DNA from: Squalus acanthias
Lineage: Eukaryota
Assembly (NCBI GenBank): GCA_030390025.1
Contig: CM059425.1
Span: 170,130,001 to 170,194,000, forward strand
Length of the DNA stretch: 64,000 bases
Direction of reading: 5' to 3'
The stretch's first letter is position 1. Each line of letters starts with the position of its first letter. A program made the position numbers and the translations under genes. This document shows, piece after piece, positions 49,724-61,313 of this stretch. The notes beneath the pieces were generated by a model. The model saw nothing but the letters and a program-made list of their open reading frames with translations. It had not been told where the DNA came from and ran no database searches.

Positions 49724-51547
49724 CTACTTTTTGCCCTTCGAGGGTGATCTCCTTCCCTTGTGCACTTCTCCCCTTCTAACCCTACTGCTCCTCCGTAATG
49801 GGACCTCAGTGGCTGCAGCAAGGCTGGTGGAAGGCTGCTGCTCGTCAGACCCTGACACTGCAGATGCCCCTGAAGGACGGCCTCGACCACTTCTGGGCCT
49901 GGAGGGCCCGGCTGCAGACTGCACCAACTCTGCATGGGCGGCTGCAGTCTGTCCTACAGGCGGTGGCAAGTGCAGTGGAGAAGTGACAGTGTTGGCAGCA
50001 GGAATGCTGTCATCGTGAGAGAGGACAGCAACTCCCTGCTCGCCCGACACACTGGCACTCCCACGGGGCAGCACTTCAGCATCCGGAGCAATCTGCCGGA
50101 GAACAGATTGCTGGCCTGCTGCGGCGCGGTGACAGCCCCGGGGACATGTGCACGAACCATCGAGGTTGGCAGCAGTCTGTGCTCGCGTGGCCTCCATCTG
50201 AGTCTGTATGAGAGCAGTCAGAGGTGGGATCACGGCAGCCAGTGACTGAATTGCAGCACTAAGCGTTAGTGTGGCATCCGCCTGTGCTACAGCGAAGTGC
50301 TCCACACTCCTTGCCAGTGACTCAATGCATTCGGGCACCCTTCCCACTGCACCCATGAGCTCAGTGTGCATGCCCACCGCCTGGGTGTTCATTTCTGCAA
50401 TCAGCCGCTCCTCCTCTGCGTCCATTGCAGTAGGAGTGTCTGGCATACTCTCCCACTGGGGAGAAGGCCCCCGTTCTTCCCTACCCCCCCCCATGGCGTT
50501 GCTGCAGCCCGCTGGGTCCTGGAGCTTCACCATCATCAGCCCCTTCCCCCCTGCTCCCCTCCGGGGAAGGCGTGTTCCCAGTGTGGGCATGGGCTTCCTC
50601 GGGAGAGGGTGGCACTGATGCTCCGGCTTCCTCTTCCTCCTCGGCTGCAGCATCACTCCCAGTGGCAGCTTGAGGGCCCGTCTCCTCAGCTGGTGAATCA
50701 CCATCTGAAAGCAGGGAGGTACAAGAGTGGCTTTAGCGTGAGGACAGGGTGGCAGTAAGGGAGGAATAAGTGCAGCGAGTTAGCAAGTTGGATTGAAAGT
50801 GTCAAAGGCTGGTATTGTGAGGGACAAGTGGAAGGACAGAGGACAAAAAGGTGATGACCTTACCATTGCTGTCCACAACGGGGTCGGCGTCTCCAGTGGC
50901 GACGGGACCGATCACCCGGCTTGCCACAATCCTGTGGACGCGCTCCTCCAGATCGCTGAGGGGTTGCAGCTGAAGCCGCCCTCCACCCGTCCGTTGCTGC
51001 TGTCTCCGATTATGAGCCAGCTTAGCCTGCAAGAAAAAGGACAGCATCTGAGTAAATATACAGCCATGGTCTTGCCTGATGTGCCTCCCATAGGTGAATA
51101 GCCCTTACAATATACAGCCATGGTCTTGCCTGATGTGCCTCCCATAGGTGAATAGCCCTTACTGTATGCAAAGTGTAGAATGTGTGTGTGTGTTTGATGA
51201 AAGGGCCATAGGTGTTGGATGAGTGTTGTGCATTGGGGTTTTAAGACCCTCTGGCCATAGAGTGAGGTTGAGATGGAGGGATGGAGAGGTATTGAGAAAA
51301 AGCCACTCACCCTGACGACCCGAGTGAGGTCGTTGAACTTTTTGTGGCATTGAACATGGGTCCTGGGCACCATGCTCCTGGAGGAGACGCTCTGAGCCAC
51401 CTCCCTCCACACTCTTCTGAACTCGCGTGGCAAAGGCCTCCTGCCACTCTCCGGGAACAGCATGCATCGTCTGCGCTCCACTGCGTCAACCAGAGCATCC
51501 AAGGCCCGCTCGGTGAAGCGATGAGCGCGTTCTCTCACCCTCTCCAT
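49724..51547 (-). CDS. Harbinger Myb/SANT-like DNA-binding partner, three exons: 51547-51311, 51026-50864, 50704-49724; +1 frameshift in a G9 run
   Basis: MERVRERAHRFTERALDALV...WREVA...RTHVQCHKKFNDL; GT-AG introns in phases 0 and 1; exon 2 AKLAHNRRQQQRTGGG. Confidence 0.87.
51055..51162. repeat. Perfect 54-bp tandem duplication in Myb intron 1
   Basis: AATATACAGCC...GCCCTTAC twice. Confidence 0.95.
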
Positions 51548-52873
51548 GCTTGGCAGCAAAATGGATTACAGGTCTCTCCAGGCTGAGATTCAAGGCTGCA
51601 ATGAGCAGGGTGTGGCTGGGGAGCAAGTGGCCCCCCCCGCTTTAAGAAGTGTCCGGCGCCAGTGTGTCTGTGTTCCCTCGCTAACTGGCAGCAGCTGCGC
51701 TGCGCTCGTGCGCTGAGTTAGCGCCTCACTCCTTGGCCTTTGCGCCTTAAGACAGGTGTGCCGCGCCTGCTTTAGCGCTCCACTCACCTCCCGGGGCGGT
51801 AAAAGTGAAGTTTCCTGTCAGTGCCGATAATTAGCGCCAGGCGCTAATATTTGCGTCCGGACGATATTTGCGCCCCAAATGGGGCGCGACCTAATTTCTA
51901 CCCCTAGCATTTTCCCTACTACTGATGTTAGGCTAACCGGTCTGTAGTTCACTGTTTTCTCTCTCCCTCCTTTTTTAAACAGTGGGGTTACATTTGCCAT
52001 CCTCCAATCTGCAGGAACTGTTCCATAATCTATAGAATTTTGGAAGATGACAACCAATGCATCCACTATTTCCATGGCTACCTCTTTTAGTACTCTGGGA
52101 TGCAGATTATCAGGCCCTAGGGATTTATCAGCTTTCAGTCCCATTAATTTCTCTAGCACTATTTTTTTACTAATACTAATTTCCTTTAATTCCTCATTCT
52201 CACTAGACCCTTGGTTCCCTAGCATTTCTGGGAAGTTATTTGTGTCCTCTTCCGTGAAGACAGAACCAAAGTATTTGTTTAATTGTTCGGCCATTTCCTT
52301 GTTCCCCATTATAAATTCTCCCATTTCTGACTGTAAGGGACCTACATTTGTCTTCACTAATCTTTTTCTTTTTACATACTTGTCCAGAGGGTCCTGATCT
52401 ACCTCATCACTGTGAGCCTTGACAGAGTGTGTCAGTAGGATATTTGGACAAGAGCCATCAACTTAACTGATCTTATCCTTAGCCGATATGCATCTGGGAA
52501 CTCTGGTTTATTTTCCTAAAGATGCGGAGGCTAATTGTAGCAGTCCTACTATTGGTCTGGTTAAGATCAGCTCAATCAACAGACACTGGAGATCAAGCCT
52601 AGGACCTCTTGATCGAGATAAACTCACAGCTATCAGCATTACCAGTTCATGCTTCTTTGAAGTGCATTGAAATGAATTGTTTAGTTATATAATTAATTAA
52701 TTAAAGAAATTACCATTGCATTTCTCTGTGATGAACTGCAGCTATTTATCAGGGGTAATTTTCACATTCTGCACGGGCGGCAAACTGGCAGTTGTGAATC
52801 AGTCGCCCATTAAATTCCTGCCCAATCTTCCTTTCCATTGCCTTCAATGGTTATGGTACTAGGCTAGTAATCC

Positions 52874-55337
52874 TTCCCACCAGGGCCCCAAACACCCCTT
52901 CCAGGTGAAACAGCGATTTATTTGTACTTCTTGCAATTTAGTATACTGTATTCATTGCTCACGATGCGGTTTCCTCTATATTGGGGAGACCAAACGCAGA
53001 TTGGGTGACTGCTTTGTGGAACACCTCCATTTAGTCCGCAAGTGTGACCCCGAGCTTCCGGTCGCTTGTCACTTTAATTCTCCGCTCCACTCCCACACTG
53101 GCGCCGGCCTCTTACACCGTTCAAACGAAGCTCAATGTAAGCTCGAGGAACAGCACCTCATCTTTCAATTAGGCACTTTACAGCCTTCTGGACTCAACAT
53201 CGAGTTCAACAATTTCAGACCATAACCTCGGCCCCTATTTTTTCAGATGGCAGCTGTTGATGATTCTGCTACTCCCATTTACACCTCTTCTAGACCCATC
53301 TTTTGTTTCTTTTCTTGTCCCATTACCATCTCCTTTTGCTTTGTACAATCATACCTTTTGTCATTTAATCTCTCCTGCCTTCCACTCTATCACAGTCCTT
53401 CCCTTTTGTTCCTTCCTCCCCTCCCTTTCCCTGCCTCTGTACTTGCTTAAAATCTGTTACATCTCTAACTTTTTCCTGTTCAGACGAAAGGTCATTGACC
53501 TGAAACGTTGGGCTGGATTTTTCGAACCTCAGCGGGTCTGGGGTGGATGACGTCCGTGGCCTGTGGGGGCCCCGCATCTGTCTGGATCCCAGCCTCTAAC
53601 AAGATTTTACGATGATGGGGCTTGTTAAGCCCGCCCTGTGAGGCTCCCGGCCAATTAATAGGAAACGGGTCTGATGATGTCATTTGATGACGTGTCATCA
53701 GCCGGTTTCCTTAAAGGGCCCATGTCCAAATTGATTTTGACAGTTCTGCTGTCAGTGTTCTGCAGCATTGAGGTGCTGCAAACACTGACAAGCACTGCAC
53801 AAAGGTGCACCCAGGCTCTCCCATGACTCCCTCCATATGCTTATGGAAGGAGTCACAGCACGCAGGGAGGTTCTCTTCCCTTCCAATGGGTGGAAGAGAC
53901 CTCCCCAGGAGATCAACACAACCTGGTCGCACATTGCAGGGATGTCATCAGGAGGACCAGGCTGCAGTGGCGCAAATCTTTCAATGATCTCGGTAGATCA
54001 CGAAACGTTACTGCAAAGCCACACTCAACCTCACCCTGCTGTGTCACTCATCACATCCCCATTACTCTGCCTTTCCTACCCTACTCCTGCACATCCTTAC
54101 TCACACCAACTTACCTTGCACCTCCACCCATCCCTCTCTATCTACATTATCACTTCCCCATCTCACTAGCCACCCCTCACACTCACCCTCACCCTAGTCC
54201 AATCATACCAACTAACAACACACAAGGGCAGACACCTGGGTGGTTTAGCCAATGTTCGTGTAAACTTTCTTTTAATGTGTTGTCAAGCATTGAAATCCTT
54301 ATTTTCACCACTTTGCCTTCTTGGACAGATTTGTGTGCACCTTTGAAAGTGTTTTAGTGAGTTCCAGTGAATGGTGAGACATAATGTCCCCCCCCCACCC
54401 CCCAGTGATGATGATTGTGAAAGGAATGGCTTGGACATTGTAGGGATGCTTTATGGTGCTCGTGTGGGGTGGTGCCAACCTGGTGCATCATGTGGTAGCC
54501 AGAGTGTAAACTGTTCAGTGAAGCTAATCTGGACATGGTGAGGCCATCGCTGGCATCCCAGGCAGCAAATGCACGGGTGATGATGCCCTGTGTCCAGTGC
54601 AGCATCAGTTGATTGTGGAGAAGGTTAGTGTTGTTGTTGGTGCTGCTGGTCTGCCCGTGATGTTGGTGTTGGGGCTGATCGTGTTGGGATTCTGAGGACC
54701 AAGGTGAGATTTTTTCAAGGGCACCGATGCTGATGGAATAGATGGCAGGTGAGGTTGAGATGACAGAACTAATCTGTCAATGTGGAGATAGGTTGTTCCA
54801 AGGAGGTGACAGTGGATAGAGAGATTACTCCAAACACTTCAAAAGTGCATACAGCTCAAAAGTGGGTTCTAAATACTGAAGGCTGAAGCTACTGCGTTTG
54901 GAAAGTGACCAGCTGTAAAATGGCAGGTTTTAAACCACTTTTGCAGCTGTCACCTATTGAAAGAAATGGAGAGTTGCTCAGAACCCGACATATTTACCTG
55001 GTGTGATCCCTGAGTGATGGGAAACTCGTGGAAAACTTGAAAAAATGCTTTGTACCTGGTAAAATGGTGATTAAATTGCTTTAAACACCCTCCTAACAAG
55101 CACACCTGCATGACCCGTGTCTGCAAAACACAGGCAGAACCAACACTAGGGAAACTGACAAGGAGGCGGGTTCAGAGCGGGATACCGGCCCGCTGTCAAT
55201 CTTTTGGATTTTGACAGCCGACCTGCCTCCAAACCCGCCCTCTGAGCGCCGGCAAAATTCAGCTTGTTAACTCTGTCTCTCTCTCCACTGATGCTGCCTG
55301 ACCTGCTGAGTGTTTCCAGCATTTTCTGTTTTTATTT
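52874..55337 (+). mobile_element. Penelope-like element (family B) 3' fragment (GIY-YIG plus pLTR), split by a Harbinger and inserted in a tRNA-SINE head
   Basis: NLVYCIHCSRCGFLYIGETKRRL...GLNIEF; TSD TAGTAATCC (52865-52873 and 55338-55346). Confidence 0.88.
53510..55265 (+). mobile_element. Non-autonomous Harbinger, ~1.75-kb family, copy 2
   Basis: TIRs GGGCTGGATTTT and AAAATTCAGCTT; TSD GTT; Myb exon 1 relic. Confidence 0.9.
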
Positions 55338-55548
55338 TAGTAATCCAGAGGCCTAGATTAATAATCAAGAGAAGATGAGTCGAAACCCACCATGGCAGTT
55401 TAAGAATTTGAATTCCGTTTTTTAAAAATCTGGTATTCGTAAAAGTGATCATAAAGTTGTCATATCGTCGTAAAAACCCAACTGGTTCACTAATGTCCTA
55501 TAGGGGAGGAAACCAGCCATCCTTACACACTCTGAGCTATATGAGACG
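55338..55548 (+). mobile_element. Degenerate tRNA-derived SINE (head begins at ~52848)
   Basis: A-box-like TGGTTATGGTACT...TAGTAATCC continues after the PLE; B-box-like GAGTCGAAACCC. Confidence 0.5.
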
Positions 55549-55613
55549 TTAAATCTGCTCCTGTGGTTCAGATGGATTAATAAAGGACAGCCAGCATGGA
55601 TTTGTTAAAGGCA

Positions 55614-56230
55614 TGGACCATGTACAGCAGGCACCTCAAAGCACTGGAGAGGTACCGCCAACGCTGCCTCCGCAAGATCCTGCAAATCCATTGACAGGAT
55701 AGGCGCACCAACATCAGTGTTCTCGCTCAGGCCAACATCCCCAGCATCGAAGCTCTGACCACGCTCGATCAGCTCCGATGGACAGGTCACATCGTCTGCA
55801 TGTCTGATATGAGACTCCCAAAACAAGTGCTCTACTCGGAGCTCCGACACGGCAAGAGAGCCCCAGGTGGGCAGAGGAAACGCTTCAAGGACACCCTCAA
55901 AGCCTCCTTGAAAAAGTGCAACATCCCCACCGACACCTGGGAATCCCTGGCCCAAGACCGCACAAAGTGCAGGAGAAGCATCCAGGGAAGGCGCCGAACA
56001 CCTCAAGTCTCTTCGCCGGGAGCAAGCGGAAGCCAAGTGCAAGCAGCGCAAGGAGCACACGTCAACCCAAGCACCCCACCCACCCACCCCCTCAACCACC
56101 GTCTGCCCCGCCTGTGACAGAGACTGTAGGTCCCGCATTGGACTCATTAGTCACCTGAGAACTAATTTTTAATGTGGAAGCAAGTCATCCTCAGTTCTGA
56201 GGGACTGCCTAAGAAGAAGAAGAAGAAGGA
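55614..56230 (+). mobile_element. RTE-clade LINE 3' fragment
   Basis: QRCLRKILQI, QLRWTGH..M...RLPKQVLYSEL..GKR..GGQRKRFKDTLK; (AAG)n tail; TSD GTTAAAGGCA (55604-55613 and 56231-56240). Confidence 0.92.
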
Positions 56231-56427
56231 GTTAAAGGCAAATCTGAGGTAGCATGGGATGTGTGAGACTTTGCCCAGAATGCATATTGAAGTGATGTTC
56301 TTTTTCTCCAAACTTGACATAATGGTCATCGTTAGTTTAACTGCTAATCAATTTAACCTGATGTTTCCTGTTATGAAAATGAGAAGTCACACAACACCAG
56401 GTTATAGTCCAACAGATTTATTTAAAA

Positions 56428-56465
56428 TTACAAGCTTTCGGAGCTGTTGCCCCTTCGTCAGGTAA
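56428..56465 (-). ncRNA. Minimal type I hammerhead ribozyme (left arm of the palindrome)
   Basis: Reverse complement TTAC-CTGACGA-A-GGGGC(AACA)GCTCC-GAAA-GCTT-GTAA. Confidence 0.82.
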
Positions 56466-57260
56466 AGGTACAATGAGGGAATCTACAGTATTACACAGTA
56501 TATAAACACAGAAAGCAATTTATCTGCAGCGATACAATCTTTCAGGGAGGCATTACATCAAAGACACACCAGAGCACAGCCAAGACAATGAGATGGATCA
56601 CAGGGGGTCCAACGTGTCAAATCCTGCGTTTTTTTTTTTGGTTTGTTTTTCTTTGTGTTTTTTTTTAAAAACTGGAAAGACAGACAACGATGTCAAGTCA
56701 CGTTCTGTAGCGTGACATGAACCCGATATCCCTATTGAGGCCGTCCTCATGGGTGCGGAACTTGGCTATCAGTTTCTGCTCGATGATTTTGCGTTGTCGT
56801 GTGTCTCGAAGGCCGCCTTGGAGAACGCTAACCCGCAGATCCGAGGCTGAATGTCCTCGAATGCAGTCAAGGACATTCAGCCTCGATCTGTGGGTTAGCG
56901 TTCTCCAAGGCGGCCTTCGAGACACACGACAACACAAAATCATCGAGCAGAAACTGATAGCCAAGTTCCGCACCCATGAGGACGGCCTCAATAGGGATAT
57001 CGGGTTCATGTCACGCTACAGAACGTGACTTGACATCGTTGTCTGTCTTTCCAGTTTTAAAAAAAAACACACAAAAAAACAAACCAAAAAAAAAAACGGC
57101 AGGATTTGACACGTTGGACCCCCTGTGACCCATCTCATTGTCTTGGCTGTGCTCTGGTGTGTCTTTGATGTAATGCCTCCCTGAAAGATTGTATCGCTGC
57201 AGACAAATTGCTTTCTGTGTTTATATACTGTGTAATATTGTAGATTCCCTCATTGTACCT

Positions 57261-57298
57261 TTACCTGACGAAGGGGCAACAGCTCCGAAAGCTTGTAA
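57261..57298 (+). ncRNA. Minimal type I hammerhead ribozyme (right arm of the palindrome)
   Basis: TTAC-CTGACGA-A-GGGGC(AACA)GCTCC-GAAA-GCTT-GTAA. Confidence 0.82.
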
Positions 57299-58053
57299 TT
57301 TTAAATAAATCTGTTGGACTATAACCTGGTGTTGTGCGACTTCTCATTTTTGTCCACCCCAGTCCAACACCGGCATCTCCGCATCCTGTTATGAAGGAAC
57401 AGGAGCTGACCTGGACAATCTTAGATTATTAATGTAACCTCGCTAATAGTTGCTAATGTGTTAGTTTCGGCGCCTCTATTGTTCTGACCAATCTGCCAGT
57501 AACACCTCACATGGGATGAGTCCCGACCCATCTGCTTTTCGTCCTACTCCACCATTGTCCCGAGCAATCTCCAATATTAGCATATCCTAATCATACAATG
57601 GCCGAGATGTTATGATTAACTTTGATGGGACACCTGACGCAGCAAATTCTAACACGAGACACATGTAATATACTTTTTGTAAGAGCTGTGACCTGTTAGA
57701 GATTAAATAAAGCCACTAATGACATTTATAAACCAAAATAAAAGCAACTGATGTCATGATTTTCCAAGAGTTGGTCTGATTGTCTCATGGTTTGAGACAG
57801 TGGGGTGGCAATACGGCATTACCGTATATATGCTTTTAAGTGTTTGCTGTTGTTGTAAAAGTTGTTATTGTTGTTGTAGAAGTTGTTGTTGTAAAACTTG
57901 CCCACGGACAAGAAAGGTCGCGCTCAAAGGAGTTTGTGGCCCGCTCAGTACAAAACAAATTAGAGGTAACATTGCCTGTATACCCTTTGACATCCAGGGG
58001 GCTCTAGATTTGGGAGCACCACCCTTTTTCTTTGTGGGATCATATTTGCTCTG

Positions 58054-59968
58054 AACATAAGAATTAGGAACAGGAGTAGGCCATATGGCCCCTCAAGCCT
58101 GCTCCTTCATTCAATAAGATCACGGCTGATCTTCAACCTCAACTCCCGCCCGATCCCCATATCCCTTGATTCCCCTAGAGTACCATTCTAGTAATTCTCT
58201 TCTGCCCCTTTCCAAGGCCTTGTCATCCTTTCTAAAATGTGGTGCCCAAAATTGAACACAATACTCCAGCTGAGGCCTAACCAGTGATTTATAAATGTTT
58301 AGCATAACTTCCTTGCCTTTGTACTGTATTCCTCTGTTAATAAAGTCAAGGACCCAATGGGGGAGAAATTCAGTATCGCCCCATTTGGGGCGCAATTATC
58401 GGCCCGGCGCAAAGATTAGCGCCTGGCGCTAATTATCGCCACCGACTGCAAACTTGACTTTTATCGCCCCTGGAGGTGATTGGAGCGCTAAATCAGGCGC
58501 TTCACACCTGTCTTAAGGCGCAAAGGCCTGGGAGCGAGGCGCTACCTCAGAGCGCTGGCGAAGCTCATGTGATGTCAGTCAGCAACGGAACACACACACA
58601 ATGGCACGGGCCAGTTCTTAAAGGGGATGGTTGATCTTGCTTTCCATCCACATCCTGCTCATTGCAGCCTTGAATCTCGGCCTGGAGAGACCTGCACATC
58701 AAATCTGCTGGAAAGAACAATGGAGAGTACCAGGGAAGGAGCTCAGAGTGTAGCCCCCACACTCTCTTCTAAATCGATACAAGGAATGGCAAATCAAAAT
58801 GAACCTGCAAAGTGCTGCTCAGTACCCAAAACTCCTTCACACAGCGTTGAATCTCTCCAGAAGACTCTCTCCCTCTCTCTCAGAATGCGTGGTTCAAAAA
58901 TGGCACCAACAATAAAAGGCAGGAAGCGGTCGCCTTTAAATAGCGCTCCCCCAGTCCCTTCATGACTGCAAAACGCTCCCCTCAACATGTCGTTGCTAGC
59001 GTCAGGCGGTAAGGCAGGGGGCGCCACTCAATATCCGCTCCGGGGTGATACCGGGGTGTTGCGCACTCGACTGACGTCACGATTTGCCGGCGCAGGAGAT
59101 CGTGGCGGTAGTGTTTAGCGCCGGCGCAAAATGTCTAGTTAATTTCGCGAGCGGCGCAAACATCGCCGCGCCTGGGCGCTAGATGATTTGCGCCCCATTA
59201 GCGCCCTCTTAAGGCACTAACGGGAGGCGCAACCAACTGAATTTTTCCCCCCAATATGTTTTTTTAACAGCCTCCTCAACTTGTCCTGCCACCTTCAAAG
59301 ATTTGTGTACATACACCCCCATGTCTCTCTGTTCCTGCACACACTTCAAAACTGTACCATTTAGTTTATATTGCCTCTCCTCATTCTTCCTACCAAAATG
59401 AATCACTTCACACTTCTCTGTGTTAAATTTAATCTACCCGTGTATCTGCCCATTTCACAGTTTGTCTATGTCCTCCTAAATTCTGTTACTATCCACCTCA
59501 TTGTTTACTACATTTCTGAATTTCGTATCATCTGCAAACTTTGAAATTATGCCATATATACCCAAGTCCAGGTCATTAATATATATCAAAAAGAGCAGTG
59601 GTCCTAATAGTGACCCCTGGGGAACACCACTGTTTACTTCCCTCCAGTCTGATAAACAACCGTTCATCACTACTCTCTGCTTTCTGTCCCTTAGCCAATT
59701 TTTTATCCATGCTGCCACTGTCCCTTTAATGCCATGGGTTTTAATTTTGCTAATAAGTTTATTATGTGGTACTTCGTCAAATGGCTTTTGAAAGTCGATA
59801 CAGACAACATCAACCGCACTACCCTCATCAACCCTTGCTGTTACTTCATGAAAGAACACGATCAAGTTAGTCAAACACGATTTGCTGTTAACAAATCCAT
59901 GCTGACTTTCATTTATTAGCCCATACTTTTCCAAATGGCAGTCAATTTTGTTCCGGATTATTGTCTCT
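58054..59968 (-). mobile_element. CR1 LINE (internally deleted or composite) split by a Harbinger MITE
   Basis: [45 protein letters not shown]1 3' end at ~58054. Confidence 0.88.
58359..59252 (-). mobile_element. Non-autonomous Harbinger, same type as 8022-8846 in the opposite orientation
   Basis: TIRs GGGGGAGAAATT and AATTTTTCCCCC(C); TSD AAT; keeps Myb start MESTREGAQ. Confidence 0.88.
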
Positions 59969-60004
59969 ACTTGTTCTCATCTTGAATAACTTCTCCTTTA
60001 ACTC

Positions 60005-60202
60005 TGTTAAGCATTAGTGGACTGAAGTCTAACTAATGTGGCAAATATCACCATTGTGTCATTGTGTCACCATTGGCTCAGTTGGCAGCACACTCACCTC
60101 TGAGTTCTGACGAAAGGTCATCGACCTGAAACGTTAACTCTGTTTCTCTCTTCACAGATGCTGCCTGACCTGCTGAGTATCTCCAGCATTTTCTGTTTTT
60201 AT
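60005..60202 (+). mobile_element. PLE family B mini-insertion (60106-60202) preceded by an inverted copy of 61281-61377
   Basis: TSD TTCTCCTTTAACTC (59991-60004 and 60203-60216); 97-bp inverted repeat with one mismatch. Confidence 0.88.
60102..60140 (+). ncRNA. Minimal type I hammerhead ribozyme (PLE family B)
   Basis: GAGTT-CTGACGA-A-AGGTC(ATC)GACCT-GAAA-CGTT-AACTC; stem I GAGTT/AACTC; palindromic AACGTT. Confidence 0.82.
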
Positions 60203-60216
60203 TTCTCCTTTAACTC

Positions 60217-60812
60217 CACTCTGCCTCCAGATGAAAGGTGTTTTTTCCGGTAACTTGCTTGTTATGCTTGTCTTTTTGTAGGACATGTTGAACTCACTTT
60301 TTGTCCAATGCTACTCAGATTCTCTCCCTACCTCTTCTATGTTACATTGATGGCTGTGTAGGTGCTGCTTCTTGCTTTCACTCTAATCTTGAGAATTTTA
60401 TTAAACTCTACTTTCAATTTCCACCCATCCTTTGCCTTAACATGTACATCACTGACTTCTCCCTTTCCTTAATGTACTTCTCTCTCTTTCTCTCTCTCCA
60501 GCAATGGGCTTTCCACTGATACCTACTGCAAACCCATTGACTCCCGCAACTACCTGCAAATGCATCCTTTAAAGACTCCATCCCATTCTCCCAGTTTCTC
60601 TGTCTCTGTCAGATCTGCTCTGATGAATCTACCTTCCACACCAGAGCTTCTGAAATGTCCTTTTTTTCAACTGATGATTCCCCACTGCTGTAGTCAACAT
60701 GACCTTTCCTTGATCAAGTCCATCTCTGATGCCCTTCCTCTCCTCTCACAACCGTTTCCCAATCTGCACCTTTCACTCCACCAGCTGATGTATTTCCACC
60801 ACCTACAACATG
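60217..60812 (+). pseudogene. Decayed PLE family B RT relic
   Basis: CYIDGCVG (YIDD-like) segment; later part resembles 33620-33900. Confidence 0.6.
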
Positions 60813-60865
60813 CAGTTATCAAAATATTGAAATGTTATGTCATCAGACCCTTTCAAGCCACCAAT

Positions 60866-61313
60866 AAAAGAAAAGAAAGACTTGCATTTATACAGCACCT
60901 TTCACGACCTCAGGATGTCCCAAAGCGCTTTACAGCCAATAAAGTACTTTTGAAGTGTAGTCATTGTTGTAATGTAGGAAATGTGGCAGCCAGTTTGCAC
61001 ACAGCAAGCTCCCACAAACAGCAATGTGATAATGACCAGATAATCTGTTTTTTAGTGATGTGGATTGAGGGATTAATATTGGCCAGGACACCAGGGATAA
61101 CTTCCAGCTCTTCTTTGAAATAGTGCCGTGGGATCTTTTACGTCCACCTGAGAGAACCGATGGGGCCTCAGTTTAATGTCTCATCCAAAAGACGACACTC
61201 CCTCAGTACTGCACTGGAGTGTCAGCCGAGATTTTTGTATTCAAGTCTCTGGTGTGGGACTTTGAACACACAACCTTCTGACTCAGAGGTGAGTGTGCTA
61301 CCAACTGAGCCAA
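60866..61313 (-). mobile_element. Full-length tRNA-derived DeuSINE (SacSINE1-like)
   Basis: Minus-strand head TGGCTCAGTTGGTAGCAC...GTTCAAAGTCCCA; Deu-like core ACTCCAGTGCAGTACTGAGGGAGTG...TTGGATGAGACATTAAAC; TAAATGCAAGTCTTTCTTTT tail. Confidence 0.85.

Larger units (their letters stand above)
47758..51904 (+). mobile_element. Near-intact two-gene PIF/Harbinger DNA transposon (4147 bp)
   Basis: TIRs GGGGTAAAAATT and AATTTCTACCCC; 3-bp TSD TAG; GCGCC-rich subterminal repeats; convergent transposase and Myb genes. Confidence 0.97.
46408..52382 (-). mobile_element. CR1 LINE (46408-47757 and 51908-52382) split by the Harbinger
   Basis: VVGKML and ESIIKD rejoin when 47758-51907 is removed. Confidence 0.93.
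56378..57383. mobile_element. Fold-back Penelope-like element (family A): two ~485-bp inverted arms plus a ~35-nt tail
   Basis: Mirror ORFs 56698-57009 (-) and 56717-57028 (+); symmetry axis at 56863/56864; TSD TCCTGTTATGAA (56366-56377 and 57384-57395). Confidence 0.95.

Noticed and set aside
49724..50704. 326-aa stand-alone ORF as listed in the ORF track
   Set aside because: It starts at a splice acceptor; the first ~70 residues are out of frame with the spliced Myb gene and only the part after the G run matches the paralogue at 41200-42080
57510..57548. GATGAGTCC...TTTCGTCC resembling a hammerhead
   Set aside because: The two half-motifs are on opposite strands, so no core can form
57800..58054. 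Cys-rich 84-aa ORF
   Set aside because: Derived from a degenerate (TGT)n simple repeat; non-ATG start
61255..61313. tRNA gene
   Set aside because: tRNA-derived head of a SINE; continues directly into the Deu-like core
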